DNA of 64,000 nt, taken from an uncultured delta proteobacterium. Lineage in GTDB: Bacteria > Myxococcota_A > UBA9160 > SMWR01. Positions 30,195 to 41,362 of this stretch are shown here, in pieces. The stretch lies in the NCBI GenBank assembly GCA_963832165.1, contig CAWHTE010000004.1, forward strand, positions 674,889 through 738,888. Reading direction: 5' to 3'. The notes under the pieces were generated by a model. That model was not told where the DNA came from and made no database searches. It saw only the letters and a list, made by a program, of their open reading frames with translations. Numbering within the stretch: position 1 is the stretch's first letter; every line of letters begins with the position of its first letter. A program made the position numbers and the translations under genes.

Positions 30195-30662
30195 CTACAG
30201 CGCCGCGAGGCCCTTGCCACGCTCGCCCTCGCGCATGAGCCGCGCGATCTCCGAGACCTCCTTCGCCACCGACGCCTGCCACCAGCGCTGGATCAGGAGA
30301 TCGTGGATCCAGCCGACCGGCCCCCAGCCGAAGTCGACTTCCTCGACGTGCCGGATGTGGGTGCCGGTCGCTTCCTCGCGGATCTCGAACCACGCGTGCA
30401 TGCCGCGGATCGCGCCTTGCACGAGCGTGACGTCGATCGAGTGGGGTGCCTGCCAGCGGTAGTGCGTGATCACCGACCCCGGCGCGATGCCGAGGAACAG
30501 GCCGTCTTCGCGCGCGATCATTCCGTCGAGCGTCTCCGCGATCCGCGTCACCCCCGTGATCTTGGTGTCCGCCTTCGTGTACTGCGCGGGGTCGAGCACG
30601 AAGTCGAATACGTCCTGCGCCGTCACACCGCTGATGAACTCGTTGCCTTCGCCCCGGATCAT
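30195..30662 (-). CDS. SRPBCC family protein
   Basis: VTAQDVFDFVLDP N-terminus, size and C-terminal helix pattern. Confidence 0.65.
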   Translation of the reverse strand: MIRGEGNEFISGVTAQDVFDFVLDPAQYTKADTKITGVTRIAETLDGMIAREDGLFLGIAPGSVITHYRWQAPHSIDVTLVQGAIRGMHAWFEIREEATGTHIRHVEEVDFGWGPVGWIHDLLIQRWWQASVAKEVSEIARLMREGERGKGLAAL

Positions 30663-30751
30663 GCGCTCCTCCGCTGCAGTGACTCGCCCGACACGAGTGT
30701 AAGGCCGGCCGCGCTCGGCTCGCTAGACTCGCGCTGGGGGCCGACGCCGAC

Positions 30752-33700
30752 GTGACCGACGAGCAGCAACGTCCGAAGTGGCGCCGGTTTGTGCGGAGCA
30801 CGCTGGTCGTGCTCGGCCTCGCCGTGATCGCGTGGCAGGTCGGAAAGCGCGTCGTCGACATCGACGGGTATCGGCCGCGCATCGAGGCGGAGCTCGCGAA
30901 GTACACGGGCCTGCCCGTGACGGTCGAAGCGCTCGAGCTCGCGTGGCACCCGATGCCGTGTCTGTCCGCGTACGCGGTCTCGATCGGCGCGGGAGACTTC
31001 CACGCGGTCACCTCGCGGCTCGATGTGTTCCCGCGCTTGTGGCCGCTGTTGCGCGGGCGCGTGGAGATCGCGCGGATCGAGTTCGTCGAGCCTGCCGTGA
31101 CGTTGCCCGCGTCGCGCGACTCGCTCGAGGCGCAGTGGCGCGACCTGGCGGCGCACGTCGAGGCTGCGCGCGCCGAGCCGAGCACCCAGGGTCCGACCGC
31201 AACGGAGCCCGTGAAGTTCCGCATCGACGAGGTGCTCGCGGAGAGCGCGACCCTGCGCTTCGGGATCGACGACGCGCATCCGATCGTGAGCACCGTGACC
31301 GCCAGCGGGATCGGCGGCGATTACGTCGAGTTCGGGATCGAGGCGGAAGTTCCGAGTGCGGGAGCCCACGCGGTCGGCACGCTGCGCATGCCGTCCGAGG
31401 TCGGCGCCGACATCACGGGCGAGCTCGAGATCAGCGGCTTGCAGCCCGGCACGTTCTTCGAGCTGCCCGAGCTCGCTCACACGGATTGGCAGGCGCACGC
31501 CGAGCTCAGCGGCAAGCTCGAGGGCGATCTCGCCGTGAGTATCGAGGGCAGCATCGAGCCGCTCCAGCCGCAGGCGCTCGGCGGGACGTTCGTCGGCCTC
31601 GCGCGGATCGAGCCCGGCGGCGCGACGAACGCCGAGCTCGAGGTGAACGGGGAGGGGTTCGAGATCCACAGCACGGCGCGCCTGTTCGCGGAACAGGGCT
31701 CGCGCGTGCGGGTCAAGAAGCTGCACGTGGAGGATGCCGCGCTAGCGGCGCTGCTCGGCGCCGTCGTGCGTGATCCACTCGAGCTGCACGCGCGCGACGG
31801 CGCTGCGCTCGAGCTGCGCGACTTCGAGCTGTCGCTCGCCGGGGACCCGCGCGTCACCTCGGGTGTGCTCGAGGCGCACGGCGTCGATCTGCGCTGGCGC
31901 GAGAGCGAGGTCGCGCACGACCTGCGGCTCGAGGCGAGCGCGGCCGACGGGGGCATCCGGATCGCCGCGCTGCGCGGGGGCCCGATCGACCTGCACGGCA
32001 TGATCACGCCGAACCGCGAGTCGACGAGCGTGGCGGTCGAGCTCGCGGGCCAGCTCGCGCTGGACGATGCGCTGCTGCGCGCGCTCGGTGCGCCCGAGGC
32101 GATCAAGCAGGTGAAGGCGGTGCTCGCGATCGAGGAGCTGAGCGTCACGCTGCCCGGGCCCGCGCAGGACAACCCTCCTTTCACGGTGCGCGCGCACGTG
32201 GCGGACGGGGTGCTGCAGATCGAATCGGATGCGATCGCGGAGAGCGTGTCCGACCTCGACCTGCAGCTCTCGGGCGACAAGAGCGCGCTGCGCTTCGAGG
32301 GGAGCGCGTTCGGCACCGCGCTCGGCGCGATCAGCGCGAGCGCTCAGATCGAGCCCGCGGTCGGCAACGCGCGCGGAAAAGTAACGCTCGCGGATGCGAG
32401 CGCGGACTTCCTGCGCGATGCCGGCGACCGCGCGCGCGTGACACCGGCGCTGCGCGCGTACTCGGGCGAGCCGTTCGCGTTCGAGCTGGTGCGCGACGCG
32501 GAGCCGCCGCACGTGCGGCGCATCCGCGTCGAGCGTGTCGCATCGCCGCGCGTGACGGCGGCGCTCGTGCTGCGCTCCGACCCGCCGGAGGACCCGCTGC
32601 GCGATCTCGACATCGCCGCAGAGCTGCCCGTGGATGCACTGCGCGGGTTCCTGCCGGAGGCCGCGTCGGCGAGCGGCAACGGGTCGCTGCGCGTGCGGCG
32701 CTCGGAAGGCGGGATCGGCTGGTTCGCGGAGGGGGATCTCGTGGACGTCGTGGCCGCGGACGGCGACTACCTCGAGAAGAAGGCCGGCGAGGCGCTTCGC
32801 GTGCGCGTCGAGGGCACGGCGGGAGAGCACTGGAACGCGGACAAGCTGATCTTCACCTCCGAGAAAGGTACGCTGCCGCTCGAGATCGGCGAGCACGGAA
32901 TCTCCGCGAGCGCGCTCGACGTCGACCTCGCCGCGTTCGCGTTCCTGCTCGTCGACGGGGGGCGCGCCTCGGGACGCCTGCGCGGCACGTTCGACTCGCA
33001 CGCAAAGTCGGCGCATCTGCGGCTCGAGCAGGTGGCGCTCTACCTGACGCCAGAGCTGGGCGTCGACGAGGCCGACGGCACGATCGCGATCGCGGGGGAC
33101 GACTGGGGTCTCAGCGATCTGCGCCTGCGCGTCGGGCAGTCCGCCGCCACGATCGACGCGGCGGTGCAGAGCGCGAAGCTGAAGGGCAAGGTGGCGGGCG
33201 AGCGGCTCGACCTCGCGTTCGCGGAGGAGGTGATCGACCAGTGGCAGGCGCTGGACTTCCCCGAAACCGAGCCCGATACCTCGCCGCCCATCACGGGCGA
33301 CCTGTCGGTTGCCGTCGACGTGGTGGAGTACAAGCGCGCCGAGGCGCAGAAGGCGTCGGCGATGGTGCGCGTCGAGCGCGACGACATCCTCGTGCGCGAG
33401 CTCGCGTTCGCAGTAGGCGAGGGCCGCGTCACCGGGCGCGTCGACGTCCGCATGCGCGATCCGGAGCCCGATCTGCTCGACCTCGAGCTCGACTTCGCGA
33501 ACGTCTCGCGGAGCTTCCTCGATGGTCTGCTCGGCGAGGAGTCGCGCGGAAAGCCCGGAACGTTCACGGGCAAGCTGCGATTCGCCGCGCCGCTGCACGG
33601 CGAGAAGCGCGCCATGATGGCCGACGCGAGCGGCTCGTTCTCCGCCCAGGGCGTCGATGGAACGCTGATCGGGCGCCTCGGGCTCACGACCAAGATCATC

Positions 33701-34243
33701 ACGGTGCTGCGATCCACCGAGGCGCTGCGGATGCGCATGCCCGCGTTCCAGGACGAGGGGATCGTGTTCGACACCGTGCGGGGCGATTTCGTGATGGAGG
33801 AGGGGCGCGTGGAGATCCGCACCCTCGAGCTCGATTCGACCAGCTACGCGATGAGCGCCACGGGCGAGGTGAACTTCCGCGAGGACAGCTCGCGGATCCC
33901 GATCGAGGTGAACGCGATCCGCGGGATCACGTCGATGATCGAGCGCGTGCCCGTCGCGGGCGATGCGCTCAAGATCGCCAACGTGCGGCTGGTCGTGACG
34001 GGCTCGCCCTGGGACATGCAGGTGCGCGTGGCGTCGATCTCCGATCAGCTGATCGGAGCCGGCCTTGCCGGCCCCAGGGCCGTGATCAAGCGCGCGCGCG
34101 ACGCGCTCGACCTCATGCGCGGTGGCAGGGGCGCGGCGAACGTCGCACCCGCGCCCGCACCGGAATCCGCACCCGAGCCGGTGCCGGTGCTCGTGCCCGA
34201 GACCCCCGCGCCGGCGCCCGAGCCGCCGCCGCCCAGCGGATAG
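30752..34243 (+). CDS. AsmA-like large envelope protein
   Basis: N-terminal TM + DIDGYRPRIEAEL..TGLPV; beta-rich body; AsmA_2-like C-terminus. Confidence 0.75.
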   Translation: MTDEQQRPKWRRFVRSTLVVLGLAVIAWQVGKRVVDIDGYRPRIEAELAKYTGLPVTVEALELAWHPMPCLSAYAVSIGAGDFHAVTSRLDVFPRLWPLLRGRVEIARIEFVEPAVTLPASRDSLEAQWRDLAAHVEAARAEPSTQGPTATEPVKFRIDEVLAESATLRFGIDDAHPIVSTVTASGIGGDYVEFGIEAEVPSAGAHAVGTLRMPSEVGADITGELEISGLQPGTFFELPELAHTDWQAHAELSGKLEGDLAVSIEGSIEPLQPQALGGTFVGLARIEPGGATNAELEVNGEGFEIHSTARLFAEQGSRVRVKKLHVEDAALAALLGAVVRDPLELHARDGAALELRDFELSLAGDPRVTSGVLEAHGVDLRWRESEVAHDLRLEASAADGGIRIAALRGGPIDLHGMITPNRESTSVAVELAGQLALDDALLRALGAPEAIKQVKAVLAIEELSVTLPGPAQDNPPFTVRAHVADGVLQIESDAIAESVSDLDLQLSGDKSALRFEGSAFGTALGAISASAQIEPAVGNARGKVTLADASADFLRDAGDRARVTPALRAYSGEPFAFELVRDAEPPHVRRIRVERVASPRVTAALVLRSDPPEDPLRDLDIAAELPVDALRGFLPEAASASGNGSLRVRRSEGGIGWFAEGDLVDVVAADGDYLEKKAGEALRVRVEGTAGEHWNADKLIFTSEKGTLPLEIGEHGISASALDVDLAAFAFLLVDGGRASGRLRGTFDSHAKSAHLRLEQVALYLTPELGVDEADGTIAIAGDDWGLSDLRLRVGQSAATIDAAVQSAKLKGKVAGERLDLAFAEEVIDQWQALDFPETEPDTSPPITGDLSVAVDVVEYKRAEAQKASAMVRVERDDILVRELAFAVGEGRVTGRVDVRMRDPEPDLLDLELDFANVSRSFLDGLLGEESRGKPGTFTGKLRFAAPLHGEKRAMMADASGSFSAQGVDGTLIGRLGLTTKIITVLRSTEALRMRMPAFQDEGIVFDTVRGDFVMEEGRVEIRTLELDSTSYAMSATGEVNFREDSSRIPIEVNAIRGITSMIERVPVAGDALKIANVRLVVTGSPWDMQVRVASISDQLIGAGLAGPRAVIKRARDALDLMRGGRGAANVAPAPAPESAPEPVPVLVPETPAPAPEPPPPSG

Positions 34244-34348
34244 GGTTAGTCGGGCCTTGCGGCTCGCCGTTCAGCGCGGCTATACCATCCGGGGCTGTTA
34301 GTAACCCCCCCGGCCCCCCACGAATCCGTCCATTCGAATGCAAGGGGG

Positions 34349-34585
34349 ATGCGCATGAGAACGGTGCGCAGAACGGGCCAGTTCCGCGTGGCGGCCGCCG
34401 GATGCGACCGCGTCTTCACGGTGATCGAGCGGACCGAGTACATCTGGATCGAGAGCGACGACAAGCCCGGTGCGATTCCCGGACTCAGGTCGCTCGAGAC
34501 CGCCGAGGGCTACTCGCTGACTCCACTTGGCGGCGAGGGCTACGAGATCGCAGCGCTCGGGCTTCGGGTCCACCGCATCGGGTAG
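34349..34585 (+). CDS. Small hypothetical protein (paralog of 56918-57121)
   Basis: RVFTVIE..IPGLRSLETAEG..TPLG. Confidence 0.6.
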   Translation: MRMRTVRRTGQFRVAAAGCDRVFTVIERTEYIWIESDDKPGAIPGLRSLETAEGYSLTPLGGEGYEIAALGLRVHRIG

Positions 34586-34588
34586 GAA

Positions 34589-34615
34589 GGGGCCTGGGCA
34601 TCGAGCCCAGGCCCC
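34589..34615. terminator. Hairpin between convergent genes
   Basis: GGGGCCTGGGC-ATCGA-GCCCAGGCCCC. Confidence 0.65.
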
Positions 34616-34625
34616 CGAAGAGTCG

Positions 34626-34961
34626 CTACTCGCGGTAGTGGCGGTGATGGCGCCGGTGGTGATGCCCGCGCCAGCGGTCGTGCCGGTATTCCCGCTCGTC
34701 GTAGTACCAGCCCCGGTAATAGGGGCGGTGCTGGATCACGACCCGCGGAGCCGGGTCGTAGTAGTAGACCGGCGGCGGTCCATAGACGACCACCGGGGGC
34801 GGCGGCGGGGGGGCCGGGAAGCCGAAGAAGAAGCCAAAGCTCGGACCGTCATCGCGGTCCGCCCGCGCTGGCTCTGCTGCAAAGAGACCCGCGCCGAGCG
34901 CCACCGCAATCGCAGCGACTGCGCCCAGGTGGAACCTCTTGTGGGTGATCCTGCCCGTCAT
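34626..34961 (-). CDS. Secreted Pro/His-rich small protein (PXPV-like)
   Basis: Signal peptide; PAPPPPPPVVVYGPPPVYY; His/Arg tail. Confidence 0.7.
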   Translation of the reverse strand: MTGRITHKRFHLGAVAAIAVALGAGLFAAEPARADRDDGPSFGFFFGFPAPPPPPPVVVYGPPPVYYYDPAPRVVIQHRPYYRGWYYDEREYRHDRWRGHHHRRHHRHYRE

Positions 34962-35113
34962 GACGTCCTCCCTCTGCGACCCCAAAAGACAGTCTACGAC
35001 CTCGATCTGGATGGGCAACCTGTTGGATTAACACGTAAATTCCACATTCGACGCGCCGGGGAGCAACCGCGCCGCTCCGAACTGCGACACACCTGCATTC
35101 GAGCGGGGTAAAC

Positions 35114-35149
35114 GAGAACGCCCGGGATCCCGCGATTCCGGGCGTTCTC
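35114..35149 (-). terminator. Rho-independent terminator
   Basis: GAGAACGCCCGG...CCGGGCGTTCTC downstream of the 35165 gene. Confidence 0.55.
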
Positions 35150-35164
35150 AATCGACTCCCGGCG

Positions 35165-35395
35165 TTACGCCGGCGCGAACGGGCGCGCGAAATCGTCGAG
35201 CTGGATCCGGACCCGGCCGTCGGTTTCCTCTGCGAAGCAGAATTCAGCCGTCGGATGGCCGCGCAGCGCGAACATCCAGATTTCGCGATCGGCTCGCGCA
35301 TCCGCTCCGGCGATGTGTGTCGTTCGAATCAGCTCCGCCTGGGCGCGGTACATACACTCGATCTTTCGACGAACGGTCGGCTCGACGATTGCCAC
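35165..35395 (-). CDS. Small hypothetical protein (related to 51924-52217)
   Basis: FALRGHPTAEFCFAEETDGRV. Confidence 0.55.
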   Translation of the reverse strand: MAIVEPTVRRKIECMYRAQAELIRTTHIAGADARADREIWMFALRGHPTAEFCFAEETDGRVRIQLDDFARPFAPA

Positions 35396-35543
35396 GATTC
35401 GAGTCCTCCGGGGCGCTTTTCAAGAGCAATGGGCACCGCGGAGTTGAGCAAGTTCCGGACCAACGCGAGATCGCGTGGCGCTACGGCGTTAGTTGATCCG
35501 AAGTCGGTGAGCGGCAAGTTCTACAATCGCTCGGCGCAGGAGA

Positions 35544-35790
35544 TCAATCCGTCGACTTGCGCAGCTGCTGAAAGAGGGGCGCGTCTTGCGCCCTCGCGGC
35601 AGCTCCGAGCTTGTCGAGCTCGTCGCTGGCCATGCGAATGGCGTTCTCGATCTGCCGCAACGCCAGCTTTCCGCGCTCTGTCAGATTCATCTCGAAGCCG
35701 AGCAGAGCCGTACTGGTCGAGATCGAGGCGAGCTGATCTCGGATCGCGTGAATGCGATTGCCGCGATCGGGATCGCTGATCGGAAGCCAC
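35544..35790 (-). CDS. Small HisKA-like helical-hairpin protein, 5' end uncertain
   Basis: RIHAIRDQLASI...LRQIENAIRMASDELDKL. Confidence 0.4.
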
Positions 35791-35868
35791 CGTTGACTCC
35801 TCCTTGGAGGCGATCGCACGAGGGGTATGCTCGCGAGATTATGATGCTGTGCGCTCAGCCGATGCTAT

Positions 35869-36447
35869 GTGGCGAATCCGCGTCATGCGATCCGCACGGC
35901 GATCCTGGTGATGGCCGCCACTTCGGTAGGGATCGGCGCGCCGGGCCGCATCAGCGGGCAGAGTGGCGCGAACGTCCCGGCCACCGAGCAGGCGGAGCAG
36001 GTGCGGCGTTTTGCGGTGACGGCGCTCGCCGCGGCGCTCGAGGACGCGGAGCGTCAGCACCGGCCCAGAGCGGCGGGGCTGTCCCACGAGATGCGCACGG
36101 CGCTGTATCCCTTCTTTCCGGCGCGGATCGTCGATGGAGCTCTGATCGCCGTCGGCGAGGTGGAGCTGACGGTTCCTGCGCTCGTGAACGCGATCGCGGG
36201 GGAGGTGTTCCGCGCGGAGGGCGATTCCAAGCGCGGTCACGCGGTGACCGTGGGCCGCGTCATGGTGTTCAGCCGCATGCCCACGATGCAAGAGATCGAC
36301 TGGATTGCCCACGAGATGAAACACGTGCAGCAGTACACCGAGCTCGGATTCCACGGCTTCTCCGAGCGCTACGTCGCCCACTACGAAGATGTCGAGAACG
36401 AGGCGCGAGCGGTGGAGGCACGGGTTTCGCGCGCGGCGAGCGGATGA
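35869..36447 (+). CDS. DUF4157-like (HExxH) exported protein
   Basis: AVTVGRVMVF, WIAHEMKHVQQY, ENEA. Confidence 0.7.
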   Translation: MANPRHAIRTAILVMAATSVGIGAPGRISGQSGANVPATEQAEQVRRFAVTALAAALEDAERQHRPRAAGLSHEMRTALYPFFPARIVDGALIAVGEVELTVPALVNAIAGEVFRAEGDSKRGHAVTVGRVMVFSRMPTMQEIDWIAHEMKHVQQYTELGFHGFSERYVAHYEDVENEARAVEARVSRAASG

Positions 36448-36463
36448 AGCGGCGCGGGCTGCC

Positions 36464-38232
36464 TCAGGGCATCCGGAACAATAGATCGACGTTGCGATCG
36501 ATCGGATCGCCCTGACTCGTGCCGCCGGCCTCGCAGAGCGCGGTGAGGTCGCCTTCGGTCACGAGCCGCTGCACCGCAGTGGTGTCGTCCAGGTAGAACT
36601 GACAGCGATCGTCGACGTCGGCCAGCGTCCTCGACTTCGTGAACGCATGCCCGATCAGCGTGGCGCGCAGGACGCCGGTGCCGTCTCCGTTGTCGAGAAC
36701 CTGCAGGATCCGGCCTTCCTGGGGCGTGTCGATCAGCGACGCGGTCTCGATCTGCCAGAATCCCGTACAGGTCTTCGAGGGCGCACAATTCACCGGCGCC
36801 GTGACGGTGCCGTTGGTTCCGGAGGTGTTGTCGGTCACCTTGAACGCCCGGATCCGGTTTCGGTGCGTGTGGCCGGCGATCCACGCGACCACGTTCGGAT
36901 GGCTCGCCAGTTCGCCGTTGAGCTGGGCCGCCGTGGTGTGCGCGGGGACGGCGAACCCGAACTGCCCGAACTCGGCGAAGCTCAAGTCAGGATGGTGGGA
37001 GAACACGAGCACGAGGGTGCCTTCGGCTTCCGCCGCGGCGAGCTCGTCTTTCAGCCATTCGAACTGCTCGAGATCGATCGCGCCGCTCTCGAGTGCGAAC
37101 GGGTTGCGGACTCCGGCCGGGCCGAACGGCGTCGGCGTACCCGAGCTCGAGCCCGCCTTCGACGCCGTCGATCAGCGTGTTCAGGACGATCATCCGGAAC
37201 AGGGGAGCGCTCTGGGGCCAGTCGAAGGCGTAGTAGCCGTCGTTGCGCTCGTCGACGTCGGCCTTTCTCGCCGCGTCCGCCTCGTTGAACCCGTGGCCGA
37301 CCGGGCCCGGGAGCGGCGTGGTCTTGAAGAACTCGTCGATGAACTCGTGCTGGTACTGCATGAAGTGGCGCCCGAAGCCCGCGGCGGTCACCTGGAAACC
37401 GGGCTCGAAGGGGACGGTGCCCCGAAGCGTGCCGTCGTGATTTCCGAACACGACATACCAAGGGATGCCGAGGCGGATGTTCGCGCACCCGGGAGAGCCG
37501 GCGTTGCAGCGCAGCGCGGCGGGCAGTCCGGGCGCTTTGTCGAAGGTCTGCCGGGCGACGTTCGTACCGCCGCTGGCGTTTCGCCCGGTCAGCACGGCCG
37601 TCAGCGTATCGAGGTACTGCTGCACCCCTCGGGTGGCCGTGACCTGATAGACGATGTTGTTCGGGTCGGGGTCGACCGTCTGGGTGTCGGCGAGACCGCG
37701 ACCGGTGGGGATCTTGCACAGGTGGCTCTGGAGGAACGCGAGCGGGCCCAGGGAGGCGAGGCACTTCGCCTCGTACGCCGTCGGTCGGTCGAAGGTGCCG
37801 TCGATGTTGTCGATCAGACGCCGCACTTCGTTCACGAGGCCGAGGTCGGTGTTGTCGCCGGTCGAGATCATGAACTCGATCGGGTCGGCGGCGTGGCACG
37901 CGTTGATCGTGCCGACCATCGCGTTCAGCACCTCATCCGTGTACTCGTCCTGCATGCGCTGCGCCGTGGACACGCGCGAGATCGCCGGATCGAGCACCGA
38001 GCCGCCGATCACGAGCGCGCCATCGTCGTCGAGCGCGTGCACATCGCTGATCTGCACGAAGTTGAGCAGCTCCTGCGCCGTGTTCTGGAGGGATCCCGGC
38101 GTGAGCTCGTTGCGAGTCTGGAACGCGTCCGGGGCCTTGCTGCACGTCGGCGGCGTCGCCCAGGTTGCGATCGGGACCGCGGCCACGCCGAGCACGAGCA
38201 ACGTGGCAAAAGCATGTCTCTTGCGAGATCAT
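36464..38232 (-). CDS. Secreted calcineurin-like metallophosphoesterase, frameshifted
   Basis: SDVH, TGDNTD, GNHD, FSHH, GHTH motifs across frames. Confidence 0.82.
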
Positions 38233-39317
38233 CGTTGGTCCCTTCCGTACGTTGAGTGTGCAGCCTGGCGCCGCGCGAGTTCGATTGCGTTGGGTGTATC
38301 CGGAAACTGGGGATTCTCGGCGAGACGCTGGAGCGTCTCGCGGGCGCCCTCGTTGCCGATTCGCGCGAGAGCTTTGAAAGCCGCGAAGCGCACGCCCGCG
38401 TTGGGATCGCGTCCGGCCACGCGGCCGAGCGGGCCGACGGCTTCGCCCACGCGCAGACGACCGAGGCCATCGGCGGCGGCGCGGCGGACCGTGGTGCTCG
38501 AATCCCCGAGTGCGCGCGTCAGTGCTGGACCCGCCGCGGGCGAGCGGGTCTCTTCGAGCGCGGCGGCGGCCATCGTGCGCACGATGGTCTCGCTTCGGGA
38601 GGCGAGGATCGCCGCCAGCGCATGAGCGGCGGGGCCGCTTCCCGCGCGGCCGAGATCGCGGAGCTTCGCCACGCACCCCACGCGCAGGACCGACTCCCGG
38701 CTCTGGTCGAGCGCGAGCTGCTCGAGCACGGCGACGTCGGCGAATCCGAGCGGAAGGTCGGGTCGCTTCGACAGGTCGAAGAGCGCGTTCTCCCAGAGGG
38801 CTCGCTTCGGCGAGGAGAGATCGCGGACGACCGCCGTCTTCAGCAGAACGAGTCGCTGCGTCTCGTCGGGAACCCGGTCGATCGCGACGTACTCTCGAAC
38901 CGCAGCGAGCAGCGCCGGTCCATCCGGACCGCTCCAATCGACTCGCTCGATCGCGTTCTGGCGCGTCAGGAAGACGGGCGGATCGGAATCGGGCCGGCGA
39001 TTCAGGAACAGGAGCACGTGCTCGCCCTGTTGATACCGCGGCTGATGGGTTCCGGTCGTCGTGAACCGCAGCGGGGGTTTCGGCGCATCGCCTTTGAGCA
39101 CGTCTTCGACGCGAAGGATGCCGTGGCCGTCGCGCTCTGAATGTCCCGCCTCGATCGTCTGGTGGGAGCGCTCGATCACGCCGCGCACGATGAGCTCGGA
39201 GCCCGCAACGTACGCCGAGATGGAGCTCTGCCGCTCGGCGAAGTGTGCCGATGCCGGAGCCGCGCCTAGCACTAGCGCACACCCGACCGCGATCGATCTG
39301 CCGCCCAGGATCAACAC
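38229..39317 (-). CDS. Exported HEAT-repeat protein
   Basis: Signal peptide; VRRAAADGLG, VRFAAFKALARIG repeats. Confidence 0.75.
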   Translation of the reverse strand: MLILGGRSIAVGCALVLGAAPASAHFAERQSSISAYVAGSELIVRGVIERSHQTIEAGHSERDGHGILRVEDVLKGDAPKPPLRFTTTGTHQPRYQQGEHVLLFLNRRPDSDPPVFLTRQNAIERVDWSGPDGPALLAAVREYVAIDRVPDETQRLVLLKTAVVRDLSSPKRALWENALFDLSKRPDLPLGFADVAVLEQLALDQSRESVLRVGCVAKLRDLGRAGSGPAAHALAAILASRSETIVRTMAAAALEETRSPAAGPALTRALGDSSTTVRRAAADGLGRLRVGEAVGPLGRVAGRDPNAGVRFAAFKALARIGNEGARETLQRLAENPQFPDTPNAIELARRQAAHSTYGRDQR

Positions 39318-39401
39318 AGGGAACCCCGCTTCCCAGTCGCCCAGCAGATCACTAATACGCGGGAAGGGGCCCCCGGATCAAGGACCAGTTAGTTCGCCTG
39401 G

Positions 39402-40397
39402 CTAACCGTGGCTCGGGCTGCGCTGCGCCAGCCGGCGAGGACGAGCGAGGCCGGCGAGCACGAGCAGACCGGTGCCGGGCTCGGGGATCATCGCGACGCG
39501 AAATCCCCGGAGCGCGTGCTCCACCGTCGGGTTATCCCCGGCGCCGAAGTAGTACCCCGCTAGGGCGGGCGCGATGTCGGCGTAGCTTCCCCCGTGCTCA
39601 CCGCGCAGCGCCGAGCCGCCGCTACCGGGGAGGAGGGTCTCGTTCCATTCGCGCACGTTGCCGCCCTGGTCGTAGGTGCCGTACGGACTGAGCGAGTTGG
39701 AGTAGGATCCGACCCAGGTCGGATGGTCGGCGTCGTAGTCGTACAAGTCGTCGTTGAAGCCGCCCGAATCGCAATTCCCCGCGTTCGGCCATGTGCCGGG
39801 AAGCGTACAGAGCGTCGGCGCGTTCGAGCCGGCCGGATAGTCGAAGTAGCTCGAAGAAGCCGGGCCGTAGTAGGCCGCCTTGTACCACTCGTTCGCGCTC
39901 GGCAGGACGATCGTGGCTGCGGCGCTGCGGGTGACGGTGTCGCCGTTGCTCGGCGTCGCCGTCCCGCCGAGCAGAATGTACGCGCCCGTCTCGGTATCAC
40001 CGCTGCCCTGTCCGTTGTTCATCCAGTTCGCGAAGCGCACTGCGTCGTAGAAGGACACGTAGTTCACGGGCCGCTCGCCGCCGAAGCCGATCGCGCTGTA
40101 GCTGTAGCTGCCGGGGCTGCCGCTGCGCGCGATGCCGCCGATCGGAAGGGCGCCCATGCCCGGGCTGTACAGGCCGAACGGGTCGGAGGCGGCTTTCGCG
40201 TTCAGGAACTCGACGTACTGCGCATTCGTGACCTCGTAGGTCCCGATGTTGTAGCTGTAGCCGACCGCGCCGAAGCATCCCTGCGATTGCGGGTCGCAGA
40301 AGTTTCCGGGATTGCCGATCGGCGTCCAGTCCATCGAGACGGCAGACGCCGACGAGGCGATCAGCAGTGACAGCAGCGCCAGCAGCAGCTTACGCAT
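39402..40397 (-). CDS. FGE-sulfatase domain PEP-CTERM protein (tail frameshifted)
   Basis: IGTYEVTNAQY, EWYKAAY, GTYDQGGNV, GFRVAMIPEPGTG. Confidence 0.85.
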   Translation of the reverse strand: MRKLLLALLSLLIASSASAVSMDWTPIGNPGNFCDPQSQGCFGAVGYSYNIGTYEVTNAQYVEFLNAKAASDPFGLYSPGMGALPIGGIARSGSPGSYSYSAIGFGGERPVNYVSFYDAVRFANWMNNGQGSGDTETGAYILLGGTATPSNGDTVTRSAAATIVLPSANEWYKAAYYGPASSSYFDYPAGSNAPTLCTLPGTWPNAGNCDSGGFNDDLYDYDADHPTWVGSYSNSLSPYGTYDQGGNVREWNETLLPGSGGSALRGEHGGSYADIAPALAGYYFGAGDNPTVEHALRGFRVAMIPEPGTGLLVLAGLARPRRLAQRSPSHG

Positions 40398-40558
40398 AGA
40401 GTCCCCTCCCGGAGGCGGGACCATTCTACACACGCGTTAGCCGCGCAGGCTACCGTTAAAAGACGTGGGAGGATCGCCGCGTTCCTGGCGCCAGCTGGCG
40501 AGGCCGAACACGGCGAGAAGCGGTCATCTCGAAGAGGACAGCATTCGGGCCAGCCATG

Positions 40559-41362
40559 TTACGGGGGCAGGATGAGCTCGCACCAGCCGCCAAGGCCGCA
40601 CACGAGCGGTGCACAGCACTGGTCGTCGCTGGTGCAGGCGCTGCACGCGCCGTTGACGCACGCTTGGTTGCCGCAGTCCTGGCAACCACCGCAGCTGCTG
40701 GTGGCGGTGCAGCCGCTGCTGTCAATGGTGCAGCTCGACGTGCACGTCAGCACACCAAATGGTTGGGTGCCGGCAGTCACCGTCGAGCAGGTCGCGCCGC
40801 CGAACTGGTTGCCCTCGCAGGCTTCGGTGCCATTCTTGACACCGTCGCCGCAAACGTTGCAGGTACCCTGGGGACAGGGACCACAGGTAGAGCAGGGCGC
40901 CGCGTTCGGGTTCGCGTTGTGGCAGACCTGGCCGAATCGCGGATTGGGCTCGAGCCCGAGAATCTTTCGAGCCGTCGCGTTTGCGTCCTGACCGTTGCAC
41001 CTGCCGTTGCCGGTCACATCGCAATTTCCGCCATCCAGGAATGCTGCGTCCAGCGCCGGATACAAAAGACCATGCCGCTTGATCAAGCCGACATCGGAGT
41101 TAGTCACGATGCCGTTCCCGCTAACGTCGCCGCATTGGCAGGCGTTTCCGATCCCGTCCGGGGTCGATGACTCGATACCGCCCGTATCCTGCTGATTGAC
41201 GTTCGAGGCATACGGACAGTTGTCACTGGAGTCGGGCACGCCGTCGGCGTCGGCGTCAGCGGGCTGGCCAAAGCCTGGCGATGGATAGTGAAGGAGCACT
41301 GCAGCGAGAAGAAGCAGAGCCGCTCGCAGAGTAGAGCCCGCTCTGAGACGCTGGCTCATCAC
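40559..41362 (-). CDS. Secreted Cys-rich protein with TSP3-like and dockerin-like Ca-binding repeats
   Basis: DADADGVPDSSDNCP, CQCGDVSGNG..SD, CDVTGNG, CGDGVKNGTEAC. Confidence 0.7.
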   Translation of the reverse strand: MMSQRLRAGSTLRAALLLLAAVLLHYPSPGFGQPADADADGVPDSSDNCPYASNVNQQDTGGIESSTPDGIGNACQCGDVSGNGIVTNSDVGLIKRHGLLYPALDAAFLDGGNCDVTGNGRCNGQDANATARKILGLEPNPRFGQVCHNANPNAAPCSTCGPCPQGTCNVCGDGVKNGTEACEGNQFGGATCSTVTAGTQPFGVLTCTSSCTIDSSGCTATSSCGGCQDCGNQACVNGACSACTSDDQCCAPLVCGLGGWCELILPP